Below, one piece after another: positions 1 through 13,004 of a stretch of 64,000 nucleotides of DNA. The DNA is from Paramecium tetraurelia. Its lineage: Eukaryota. Every line of letters begins with the position of its first letter. Position 1 is the first letter of the stretch. The translations under genes and the position numbers were made by a program. The notes under the pieces were generated by a model. That model saw nothing but the letters and a program-made list of their open reading frames with translations. It made no database searches and was not told where the DNA came from. The stretch covers positions 124,001-188,000 of the forward strand of contig CT868675.1 in the NCBI GenBank assembly GCA_000165425.1, given 5' to 3'.

Positions 1-3000
1 AAATCTGTAAATCCAAACATTTCATTAAAGATTAGATTATAATAAAAAAAATAAGTGTCCTCATGCTCTATTTTATTCAATTCCAATTTGCTTCCTAATT
101 TTGGAGTCATACAAATTTAATGCAATAGATAATTAGCATCATTCTACTTTAGATATATTATTTTGTAAATCTTCAAAAGTTTCAAAGTCTCAACTGACTT
201 CTAGAGAAAATGGAAGAATTCCATATCAACACTGATCTCTGCATTAATGATGAGACTTTGCAGTTTCAATTTCTGTGCCTTGCATACTTCAAATATATGT
301 TAGAATATGCTATCTGCATTGGGAGTTGTAATTTCCAAATACTCTAATTAGCTCTCTTAAAGGAAAAGCAAAGTAAACATCTTATATATTGAGGACATGT
401 GATTTTTGCCCTTATCATCTACCGATATTTTTAATTTCTCTATTTTGCAAATGTTCTCTGGTTAAATTTCAAATTGCTTTATTTAGTCAAATAGTATTCC
501 TTTCGAAATTGTCAGTGATTTGATCGGAAAGACTTTACCCAAAATGAAATAATTTAAAAATTTATTAGATTAATCTGATGTCAATTTATCTTCACAATTT
601 TCAATTGACAATTTTTCAAGCTAGTATGATTATCGTTTATCACATAGAGTCAATAGGATCTATAAAAATGATTCCTTGAATCCATTGATAGATAATTTTT
701 TTAAATTAATTTGATTATTACAAAGAAATAGACTAAAGAATTGCTCAATGCTTTGTTTACTTTGAGTAGTAACTTAATTAATATGAATATCCTCTAGTTT
801 GATAAATTAAATTTGTAATGTGTTTTCAGGCTTTGATTCCAAGTATTTCTAAAAAAAATCGATAGACTTTTTGCAACAAGTCATAAATAAATCTAAATCT
901 AAATGAGACAATTTTAGTTTTCTTAATTAACTATATGGGAATAAAATTAACCCAATTATGATTCTTGTGTAAATTTAACTTTTCATTTCAAGGTATTCTA
1001 ATTATGATTAACCATTATTTTTAAGAATAAAATTCTGAAATTCCAAATCAATATTTAATTGTTACAATTATTAAGGAAATTAAGGTTTAAAGAGTTACGG
1101 GTTATAATACAATTTTGATTTTAAACCAAGTAGAGATTAGGTAACAAATAGCGAATTCTCATTGATTAGCATATTAATGTCATCTTAACGAGTATCTTAA
1201 AGGGCTTTTTGAAGGTGTAGAGGTTAATTCAGATGAAGGATTGAGTTAAATATCTAGATTAAATATTTAAATTACATTAAGCCATTAGCTTTCTGAAATA
1301 TCAGGGTTGTTTGATAAATTAATTTATCTCAATGAAAAGATTCTTTTAAATTCTAGAATGTTATTTGCAATTAATTGTAATTGTTAACATATTGGATTAA
1401 TCATATCATCATTTAAATTACAATTATCTAAATTTAATGTTTCTAGCAATTATCTGTCAAAATTCAAGATTAAATTCTCAACCATCCATTCAAATAAGTT
1501 AGTATCTGTAATAGAGCAACTCTTCATAGTGAATAGTTTCAAAGTAAATAAGTTGATCTCTTCAATGTAATTTTCTCTGACTTTCATCATTGCTTAAGTT
1601 AAATTCTTGCACCTAATGATTTCAAGTTTTTCAACCTGACTGATAGGAAAAAAAAATGATAAAAAATCGTAGCTCAAAGAACAATCTATAAATTTAAGAT
1701 CATTAAGTGATAATAATGGAATCTATTCGGGATCTTAGGAGGACTTTGTGTTTTAAATAAACAGAGCTGAAGTTTAAGTCATACCTAAAGTAAAGTTATA
1801 ATCCAAGTTTAGAGAATTGAAAACAAGTGACTATAATTTTCTATTTGAAAATATGAAAGTTTGAGCTAATCGATTCCATAACTCTTTCGTTTATACTTAA
1901 AATTCTTCAAATTCCAAATAACTTAAATCCTCTAATGGATTAACATTCTTTGGTATAATGGTAGCTTGCAGATTTTCAATTAGGTTATTAAAATTCACTG
2001 CTTTTATAGTTAAATTCTTCAATCTGATAAATCGACTGAATACTATGTATTTAAAAAACTCCTCTTCTCCAGTACCTTATAGATCTCCAAATTTCAATTA
2101 TCTTAATCCCAATATTCTATTGCAATCTGTAAGATTTTAAACAATCAAATCTAACTCTCTTAAAGTTAAAGAAGATTTTGTAAGTTTGATTTTATAGAAG
2201 TGAAACTCTTTCAATTAGATTTTAGGAGAGTAGATCATCAAACTAATCAATTTTCCTACATCAAATGAAATATTTGTTATGGTATCTAATTTTAAGATTG
2301 ATAAGCTATGTACAAAGGTCTCCGGCATTTCATTCAAGAAATTCTACATTTGATTCAAATAAACACTTCCTTCGCCCTATATCTATATAAATGGTTATTA
2401 CTTTCATTTCGTCTTTGAAGTATTTAAATGTCCTTAATCTAATATTAGGAGTTAATAAAAAACACTTAAAGGTCTAAACATCTAATTCTACACACGATGA
2501 AAAGAATTTAAGGCAAGTTAAGGAATACCTTATTTTAGGATTTTTGTGAATTGACTCTAAGATGTAGGCTGCAGCCAATTTTAAAGCTTCTTTTCTATTT
2601 TACTTAGCAAAGCTTTTTACAAATCTGAAACTTTCTATTTCCAAAACAGAGTTTGTAGTTGTAAATAAATAATCTAGAAAAAACTATTTCATAACTTCAA
2701 CATTCATAGTATATTCTGGTTCAGAGTCTAGCATTATCAAATGCTTTAAAGTTAACTTAAAATTTTGAAGATAGTCTAATTTTTTTTTCCTTACATTAAA
2801 TTCTGATAAAAATTGATTTAAAGCCTTGCAATATATTTCAGCTCTTCCTATATCTAAGTTCTAAATAGCTACATATTATGGAACAAAATATACTATGTGT
2901 TCTAACATTACTGTGCTCAGAGAATATCATGACCTTTAGTAACATCTCTATTTGATCATATCTATTAAAGTTTTCTACTTTTGATAAATCTAAGGTTTGT

Positions 3001-4270
3001 AAATTGTGTTTATATCTATACTTGCCTTAATAAATCATGGATTAATACCTAAAACTGCTTTTTCTTATTATTTTTATTTTTAAAATTCCTCATTCTATGT
3101 TTCATAAGCCTAAGTCAAAACAGCTATTTTATAAAGAGTACTGTTATTCTCTGTAAGTGAATTATTTAAGTTTATGGATTTACATTTCAAGAAAATAGTA
3201 TTTGCTAGTAATTAAAAGGCTTTTTCAAATATATTTGAATTCTCTGATATATCTAAATGGTTAACCCTAAAGCTATCATATCTATCTCCAACAAGTGAAT
3301 AAATGGCATTCGTATTATGAAACAAAGGTTAATTTTTCAACTTTAAGGAAATCAATCCCTTGGCAGTGGCCAAGTTTTAACAAAGAGTATTAAAGCTACT
3401 TTAAGTGCCTAAATAATTGTCTGATATATCCAATGAGGAAATTTATTCCAAAGTTTCTAAATTGTAAGTACATTATATTAAATGCTCAAATCCTTTCCAA
3501 TTAATTTAAGTAAAACAATTAGATAAATGGAAACTGAAATAGAATGTTTAATCTATTTTTTTTAGGGCAATTTCCTTTTCTTCTCTAATTCTCTGCACCT
3601 GCCATAATCTTGATATTTTTATTATTGCCAAGGAATATTTTGATTTGTTCTTCAATAATAGATAATAGAAGTCAGGATTTTCTTCGTACTTCTTTATCAA
3701 GTAATGCTTCAATTTTCTTAATAAAAATCCTTTATAAACACCAGGATTACTAATTATAAAGAGCTAATTTAGTTGATTAAGGTTATACTTTTTCTAGGTT
3801 GATATTTCTTTCGAACAATTGAAAAATGAATTTTTCAACACTTTAATCATCTAATTCGTTGTGTTGGAATTCTATAACCAAATTCTTTGCTTTCACCCAA
3901 CTAAACCATAAAGGGAGAATCAATAAGTTATCTTCTTCAAGCTTTGTGTCTATAATTCTAATTTATTAAATGGAATAGTCTCCTCTCAACCTCAATTCAA
4001 TCATTTTCCAATGTTCCAGTTTGAAATTACCCTTAAATCCTTTGATTGTAATTTTTTTATCATAATGACAGGCCTAGCATAATTGCTATTGATATAAATC
4101 TAGAATACTGATAATTCATCAAGTTGATCTTCAATGCTCTTAGGTGGTTTGAATTTGAATTCTCCATTAGGGAACTTATTTTTTTCTTTTTTCTCGTGAA
4201 TCTCCTTTTTAAAGCTGGATATCCACGTTTTATGTTTTTTAATATCATTCATATATACATTGGGCTGCAT
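1..4270 (-). CDS. Large leucine-rich-repeat (RI-like LRR) protein; 3' end runs off the window
   Basis: Starts at ATG 4270 (MQPNVYMNDIKK...). The frame stays open in code 6 after removing short GT-AG introns (e.g. GTATTCTAGATTTATATCAATAG). Repeated LRR-type motifs: LDISDNYL, LDISENS, INLSNNPDISE. The frame is still open at position 1. Confidence 0.75.
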
Positions 4271-4614
4271 GAAATAATATCAATTATATTTAAATTGATT
4301 AAGAATATCAATTAGATAAAGTCTAAATTGTGTATTTTAGATTACTTGGATGTTTTGATAATTTGAGATGTATATTTTATTGTATCCTGGAGAGAACTTA
4401 TTTTGGGTTTCAAAAATAAAAACCGTAATTTTAGAAGAAGGGTAAATTCAACTTAATTAAATATTTTACGTTTTCAGTCTCCTTAATTATTAATAATTTT
4501 AGATTAATTAATGATACATTAAAATTATTTCTTTATTCATTGAACAACTTATAAATAAGGTTATAGAATTTAAAATTGCCAATAAATTCTATATATACTA
4601 TGTGATACATAAAA

Positions 4615-6307
4615 TCATAATTATAAAAAATCAATTTTACTTAAAATAATTTTTCCGAACATTTCCAACAATTCCTAATCAAACGAGCTAACCTTTTGAG
4701 ACCTAATTCCTTTGTTGTTAATAACCTACAAAATCACCGATTGATTCTTCCCTTCAATTTCAATGCAGTAGATTGGCATAGTAGTTTGAATGTCAACTGA
4801 AAGATAACATTAACTAAAAACCTAAATTATTGAACGACTAATGATTGTAAGCATTCTGAACCCACAGAAACTCCTTGACTCTATGAGCCTCCCCCACAAT
4901 TCCAATTCCAAGTTATGATACCTCTAGTAACTTCTTTTCATTCACCCTTAACAATCGATTATTATTAACAACATAAACTAAACCTTTTTATGTATGAAAC
5001 AAGTTCTTCAACAAGTTCTCTGCTTCGAATAAGATTTGTTCCGTATCATTCATATACACTAATTGTAATTAAGCCTAAAGTGAATAGAAATATAATACAT
5101 GTATGATATTTCTGAGAGCATTCTAAATACTAATTGATTCACTTGATTATTGATGATTTCTCAATAATATTGATATCATTTCTGATGTTTTGGAAATGAA
5201 TAGTTGATCATCATTATTAAAATGGCCAATTAGTTTATTAACTCCCATAATAACTCCATTAGAATTCTGTTGCTTATCCAAAATTGGACATAACAAAATT
5301 GTATTTGTTTTGTATCCTTTATCATTTTCCTTTTTGAATCGAGGATCATTGTATGCATTATGAACATTGATTAAACCTCTTTCCTAAAAGCATGCTCCAA
5401 TTATGTCTTCATTTGCTTAGATTCTCAATACTCTATCTTTTGTTTTGGTCCATAATTCCTAATGTTCGCTGTCTAATACGTAAATTTGCACCTTATCACA
5501 ATTTAGTGAATCTCTCAATAACCCTTGCAAACTCTCTAGTTAATCATTCAAAGGAATTTGCTAATATTAATCACTACAATAATTACTTCGTAGATCTATA
5601 AACATGCATCAAATAGTTTATTTTGCTTGATTACATTTTTGAACAATAGTTTATGTTCTTACAATACTAATTAAATTGCATCAAAAATGTGTACAATGTT
5701 ACTCAATTCCATTTTCTAAATATTTGCAAAGAACTAATCTTCATTAGAAACTAAATTCTTAATTTATGTCAAATGATTTAATTCCTCATAGCATTTTACA
5801 TATTGACTCAGCAATGCTCAAACTAATTCTAATATATATACCATAGTCAGAATCAAGGATGGCAGAGAGATTCTCATCAAAATTGGTGTCTTTTGTTCTG
5901 GTCCTCAATGATTTCTTTGGACCCAAACTAGGAGTTCTTGCTGAATCATCAGTCTTTATCATCAGTTTCAATGGATTCACGACCTCAACTATTTATTACT
6001 TTTCGACTCTCAATGCACTAATAATGCAATCTCTTTTTTCTATTGCGATTTAAAGGGATTTAATCATGAATTCATATTGTTGAATTTATTTATCCTTTTG
6101 GATGACTGCTGAATTGAGTTATTAAACCTGTTTCACTAATTTTTAAATCAATTCCTGCAACTCTTTTTCACTTTGATGCTTCAATTTTAGATTCATCACA
6201 TCACTCAAATTTGGCAATTTCTGTTGGCTATTGCTTCCTAACTTATCAATTGATCTGTAGTTTTGGGATGTTACAGGTCTTCGTATATTTTAGACCGAAT
6301 TATTCAT
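4615..6307 (-). CDS. Coiled-coil plus tandem GAF-domain protein
   Basis: MNNSVQNIRRP... start. GAF motifs VHNAYNDPRFKKENDKGYKTNTILLCPILDKQQNSNGVIMGVNKLIGHFNNDDQ and a second one ending QVINNK...FDQELLEMFG. TGA at 4615-4617. Confidence 0.8.
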
Positions 6308-6326
6308 TTATAATTAAAAATTATTT

Positions 6327-6865
6327 TCATGCATCATAAAATTCATCTTTCCCTTCCTCATAAACTTATTATGATTTCGAAAATCTCTTTAACACATACG
6401 ACACAAATGCTAAAAACAATATAGCAAATATGATGCCGTTAACCTAATAATTTCAAATTTAATAGTACCAACAAAAATGTCTCCAAGAAGAAGTATAAAG
6501 CAGGAGCTTCGGATTGGCAATCGTTTGGTGCCATATACATACGTCCTCCATAAAACAATAATAATGCTATGTATATCCCAAAACAAATATCAAGAAAATT
6601 GAAAAACAAGTTGATTGCAGCATTTTTATATCTAATTCAATTTAGCACATATTACATACCGTGGTATTAATGTGATCAATATATAAGTACCCCAGATGAT
6701 CAATCCATAGAATACTAAATGAACAAACAATTGCAAATTCTGATTGCATTTCTGTTCAATAAATTAAGTCTCTATTATTCCAGAGGCTGAAAGGAATATC
6801 AAAGTGTAAAAAAAGTGAGCTCCTTCGCTTGCCTTTAATTGCTTCTTTGCTTCTATTTCTTGCAT
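6327..6865 (-). CDS. Small multi-pass (about 4 TM) membrane protein
   Basis: MQEIEAKKQLKASEGAHFFYTLIFLSASG... with four hydrophobic segments and two short introns; ends ...EFYDA-TGA. Confidence 0.75.
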
Positions 6866-7223
6866 TTTTAATAATTTTATTTATTATTTATAATTATACC
6901 TTTTAACGATGAATTTGATAATTACAATATAATTATTTTTATTATATTAATATAATGCATCCCTAAGGGTACACATGTTTATTTCACAAATCTATTGATT
7001 TATTTTTTATACTTTTAAATATATGTTTCTATGAGAATTCATATCTTCTTCATTAATTGTATGAATTGTGATTAATAAAGATAAGATCTATCATTAAATA
7101 TATGGGTTTTGGATATAAATGTAATATCAATTTGATCATAGAATTATCTAATTTGTTTAAGGCGGTAAAATATTCCAAATTAAGATTGTAAATTAATTAC
7201 TTTAAAACACATTTTTTCTTAAA

Positions 7224-7763
7224 ATGGAATAGTTTCCAGAAGACGAAGAAGTGCTCTAAATCCCAATTAAAAAGAAACCAAAAATATAAGAACCACGCAA
7301 CACTAATTTAAACTCAAAGCAATAAAATTGCTCATAATAAACGAATAACAAGACTAATCTTAAAAGAATAGATCTAAAAATATAAGCATCTTTGTTAGAT
7401 TCACTTAAATTTACTGAGAACATTCAACCTAATCTTCCAGAATCGAGTTTGAAGGTTGATTTTACTTAATGGGAGCATTAGAATTTTGTATTTAAATTGA
7501 GACAATAATCTCAAAATTCAAAAGTTGAATATGACGATAGAATCATTCAATATTTTAGTGACTTTAATTAAAAATGGAATATCTATCCTTACAAGCATTT
7601 TGTTGATTTAAAACCTGAAACAGATTATGTTATTATGAAATAACCATTGTGTGATTCTAAAAAAGTAAACAAAAAATATAAGAGGCAAAAATAAATAAAA
7701 GTGATTCCTTTGAAATAGAGTGAAAGAATGGCAGCTATAAAAATTAAACTTGAGCTTAAATGA
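7224..7763 (+). CDS. Hypothetical protein (179 aa, intronless)
   Basis: MEQFPEDEEVLQIPIKKKPK...KLELK-TGA is open in code 6. No family recognised. Confidence 0.6.
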
Positions 7764-7801
7764 ATTATTTTATGTTGTTAATTTATATATATATAAAAAT
7801 A

Positions 7802-9567
7802 TCATTTATTTTTTCTTAATTTATTAGGACCAGATCTTTTATTTTTAGTTTAATTCTATTATTTCTAGAATAGAATATTTATGATACTTCAAGTTTTTCT
7901 AATGCTTTTTTCTTGAATTCTTCTACTGATAAAATTTTATCTCCTTCTATATCATCCTCTTCATGTTCATCTAATATAAGTGAATATTAATACCAAATTA
8001 AGGCAACTCAGCCCTATTTTTATTTTATAGATTTTTCTCATTCATAGCAGCTAATTATTGTAAAGAGTTGATTTAGTTTTCTGATATTTTTTGATGAATT
8101 TACTAATAGTATTACAACAACTTATTTGTTTTATTCTCTATTAAGCCTAAGTATATCATCATATTGGTATCAGTGACTCCATGAGATCCTGCAATTTCTG
8201 TAGCCATCTATTTATCACATTCAACAGTATTAAACAAAGTTTCAATCCAATTCTATAATTGAAAAATGAATACTCATACAGTTAAGCTGTTAATTAATTT
8301 TAATGATTCGTTGTATTTGAATTCATATTGTTCTGACTTTGATTCAGCTCTAGATAGTTTTTCTTCAAGGTCTTTCAAGTGTCTTTTTCTTTGAACATCC
8401 ACATTTGATCCCTATCCTTCATATTGAGATGCTTCCTCTTTTAATTCTCCTATTTGCTTTTCAAGATCCTCGATTTCATTACTCAATTCATTAACATATT
8501 TGAACATTTGAAAATTCTGATGATATCAATAAATTAGAGATACCTTCTCTTCATTTTAAATGAATATTTTGATTAATTCATCAAACACTTTAATTTAAGT
8601 TGCTGCCTATATTTTGGCAAAATCTTCTTCGTATTTCATGATTTATTCAACAATAGTTTAATTTACTGTTTTATCTCTAGTTAATTTGGTAGTTTTGGGT
8701 TTAGTTAACTTTTCTGGATCTACTACCTCCTAAGTATCCATTTCCCTATTCTTTTCTGTCAATTTCATATAATCTAAGGTTTTCTTATTTTTTTCCATTA
8801 TTTAACTCAACTCTCTCAAATCCTTTTCAAAATCAGCAGATTCTCTTTTTGCTTACTATTTTAAACTTTGGATCAGATCATTGGCTTTATCTCTTTCTTC
8901 ATATGCAGTATTGGCAGTTTCAATAATATCGGCCATTTCCTATTCATAACTTATTAGACCTTACTTTTCTCTTTTCATGCAATTCCTTCTCTAATTTTTT
9001 GTATAAATTATCGAAAATAACTCGTTCTCTTCTTAAACTGTCAATTTATTATCTCAATTGTTTATTAATGGCTATGGCTTCATTAAATTTTTAATTTGTT
9101 TTGTCCAGTCTATTTTCCAATATCTTTATTTATTTTTATAAAGCACTCTCATTTTCTGCTCCTGCATTGTAACCTCCAAGAGCATGTCTCTTTTCTATGA
9201 TCTTTTTTTAAAAATCCGCAACATGAGTATCAATTTCCTCTTATTATTTCTTCTCTTCATTAATTGCTACTTTCAAATCATCAATAATAGTATCAATATT
9301 AGGTCCTTTAGAATATGTAGTTTAATTTAATTAAAGTTTCTGAGAATTCATTTTAGCAATCAAGTCCTTTAAAATGTAATTCTCGTTCTTCAGTTTGTCT
9401 ATGATTCCCCTTTGTTTCTTAATGTTTGCAACTGTTTCTTCAGCATATGCCTTCCTGTCAGATTCCAAGTTCCTAAATTTCTTCTATTGTTCCAAGAGTT
9501 GCTCTTAAACGGTCATTTCCTTATCAGCCATCTAGTTGTCCATTCCTTGATTTTAATCCTATTACAT
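7802..9567 (-). CDS. ODAD1: Outer dynein arm docking complex subunit (DC2/CCDC114-like)
   Basis: KFRNLESDRKAYAEE, ILENRLDKTNQKFNEAIAINKQLRQQIDSLRRERVIFDNLYKKLEKEL and NFQMFKYVNELSNEIE match the CCDC114/DC2 coiled-coil family. Confidence 0.85.
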
Positions 9568-9882
9568 TCCAAATAAAGAATTTAAATTCTAATAAAATAA
9601 ACAAAAAATAGAATTTTTTCAAAGAATAACCATCAATAATGCACATCACAAATCAATTGAAATACTTCCTATTATGATTCTTAATTTTCTAAACAGTTTG
9701 AGAGTGTTTGAAAACAAAATCTAATCATAATTGCTACAAACTAATTCAAATATTTATGCGACTCCCATTACTCATTGAGTGTTTATGGAAGGATTTTATG
9801 TATTGATTAATCGATTTGAATGGCTGTTGAACAAAGGTCTTTTATGAATTTATTAATACTAATCTAAATTATATTTATTTTC

Positions 9883-12800
9883 ATGATTAATCATTTCTTG
9901 CATAAATGGCACCAACCTTTAGGAGATCCTATTGAATATGAGGAAATCAAGAGATATGATGATGGAAGAAGAGTAAATTTCTATATGATTACGATAGAGA
10001 TATGATAAAACAATAAGGGACAAGGGTGGAATAGAGTACTATTTAGTATCAAAAAAATTTATTAAATAATGGAAATATTATGTGGATTATTATGAAGAAA
10101 TGGGAGATCAATAAAAGGAGGCCAGGAAGAAAGTTTTGAAATTTAAATATATTAGCCTGATAAAATGAATTCAGATTTGATATGCAATGAAAAGGTTTTT
10201 AAATATATACCTGAAGATCATGTTTATAATTCCAGCATTCGTTATTTGGAAAATGAATGGGATTATGAATACGTAATAATAAACATCAAAAAAATTAGAT
10301 TCTTAAAGAAGTCTTTGATATATTTAAAGAGAAATACTCATCAATTGAACCATAAAAACGAATTGGATTCTATTCCGAGAACGAAAAAAAAAAGGTTGTG
10401 TATCCCAATTTGGCTAGAGTATACAATTTTAATAATTCTAGTTTACATTGATCTACTAGTCTGTAAGAGACAACAAATTTTACAGTGTCAAAGCCTAAGT
10501 AGACTATCATTCTGAAATCAAAGCTTGGTTAGACCTATTAAAAGCGACATTCCAAGATGAATTCAAACAAAAATAAATTAGCAACATCAGAATCTGGTTA
10601 CCGAGACATTAACACCTCCAAGTTGATCTGCTAACCGAATAGATAGAATAAACAATGCTTATCGATGGAGATGTCTTATAAGAGAATCTCATGATCTTCC
10701 AACTGTAATCAAATAGGGATAATTGTTTGATCCTCGATTTCGAATCAGAACAATGGCAATTTAATAAAATGGATTAGTAATAGTAAATTGAATATGATAT
10801 TGAACTCCTGTTTAACAGAGCTTCCAAGGGTTGTGGTAAATATGTATGTGATTTTCCATAATGCAAATTGAACAATGGTTTTCTAGAACAGGATTTTAGT
10901 TAAGACGACATCAAAGGGATTTGTTAATAGTTGGTAGAGAATGAGGAAGTCAATTGGGAATAATTATGCTATCCAGTGAAAAGTATCAATGATAAACTGA
11001 GTCCATTTCAAACCTCTGAATTTCAATTAGATTTGCGTGAAGCCACTCTCAGAATCTCCTTTTAATTGGAAATATTTGGAGCATCTTTCGTTGAAAACTA
11101 TTACAACAAGGCTGGTATATATCAAATTGATCCTCAAACTGCAGAGGTTGATACTAACCTCATTATTGAGACTTAAAAAAGATTCATCAAATACAAAGGG
11201 GATTTCAGTTTAATTATAAATAATTTATTTTCTCAAAGGGAAAAAAACTTAGAACCATTAACTAATTTATATCAATTGAGAGCACTATATTTGATATTAT
11301 AATTTCGTAAATTCTTGGAATCCATTATTGATGAAAAATCTCAAATAATTTTGAAGATCATAAGAAGACTAAATAAACCATAAAAACAATAGTTATCTAG
11401 ATGGTTTACAAATCTCTCAAAGGCAGAGTTTGAAGAGACAACTAAGGTTGTTAAAAAATTAATAAATTCTGAAATTTTAAGACAATAACACACTCCTCTG
11501 ATGCCATTTTTAGAAATAGATGACATACAAAAGATGGTAGGTTTATTTGAATTATTTCAAATTTTACAAATTTCTAATAAAATGAACACTAGAATATAGT
11601 CTTCAGATTTTGTAATTGATTTGATAACGAAGTTGTATAAGTAAGATGCAGACAAAGAGGAATTTTCACAATTTCGTTATTATGCAGCTAAGTAATGGAG
11701 AAATTATTCGTTTACTTTTTGTTTATATGCTTGGTCCATCCCAATTGAGTTTAAATCAAAGTTGTTGAGTCTGGATTGCAAAGTCAAATAACATGATAGC
11801 ATGAGTCATTCAGTAAAATATCATTTTACTGGACAAGCTCCGTATTTAAATTTATCAATTGAGAGAAACAATATTATAGAATCAGCTATTAAGTAATTAT
11901 AAATAACGCATATCCCACTTAAGAATCCTTTAAAAGTGTAATTTATAGGAGAATAAGGAGTGGACGAAGGAGGTCCAAAAAGAGAATTCTTCAGATTGAT
12001 GATGGAGAAATTGATTTCGCCAGATTATGGCATGTTTATCCCTAAAAACAATGGAACCATGTATTGGTTCAATCCGTAGTCCTTTGAAATTCCTATATAC
12101 TATTCTTTGATAGGGAAGTTGTTAGGATTGGCTCTCTATAATTAAGTGTTGCTGGATGTACGATTCCCAACTGTCTTATTCAAAAAGTTATAGAACGAAA
12201 AGGTTACTGAAGAGGATTTGAAAGAATTGGATATGGAAATCTATACAGGATTTTAGTATTTGAGAGAACAAACAGATTCTAATCTAATATAGAGTCTGAC
12301 TTTAAACTTTAATGCTAGTTATGTTGTGTGGGGAGAAGCATACTTTGATGATTTGAAAGTATAAACTATTTATATATGTACAGCCTAATGGATTTTAAAT
12401 TAATGTCACCAAAGATAATAGAGAGGAATATATTGAATTATATACTGATTGGTACTTAAATAAACTGGTGAAACACTAATTTGATTTATTATATTCAGGG
12501 TTTAAATCTGTGGTTGATGGTGATGGTATTAAGGTAGTTGATATTATCAAAATTAGTTATTCTCAGGAGAAGAGTTACAGGCCCTAATAATTGGTTTGCC
12601 ACATTTTGACCTTAAAGATCTAGAATTAGTTACAAAATACGATGGGTTCGATGATAAGTCTGAGTACATAAGGTAGAATGATGATTGAATATCAATAGGT
12701 ACTTCTGGAGTTGCATTCATTCTTTGAGTATTGAGATGTAAAAGAGATTTTTGTTTTTCTGTACTGGGACTGATAGGATCCCTGTGGGAGGACTCAAATC

Positions 12801-12988
12801 AATTAAGTTTGTTATTTAAAAGCATGGTGAAGGTACGATTTTCATAAAAAACATTAGATACTGAGTAATTGCCATCTGCTCATACTTGTTTCAACGTTCT
12901 ATTATTGCCACTTTACAAGAAGAAGGAAACATTGAAGGATAAACTCATGATATCTTTGGATAACGCAGAAGGCTTTGGATTAATGTGA
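9883..12988 (+). CDS. HECT E3 ubiquitin ligase, UBE3A-like, with N-terminal DUSP-like and AZUL-like domains
   Basis: HECT motifs FIGEQGVDEGGPKREFF, FCTGTDRIPVGG and LPSAHTCFN (catalytic Cys), ending NAEGFGLM-TGA. Zn motif GCGKYVCDFPQC...LC. N-terminal YYLVSKKFIKQWKYYV. Several short introns. Confidence 0.9.
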
Positions 12989-13004
12989 ATTATAATAAAA
13001 ATTA

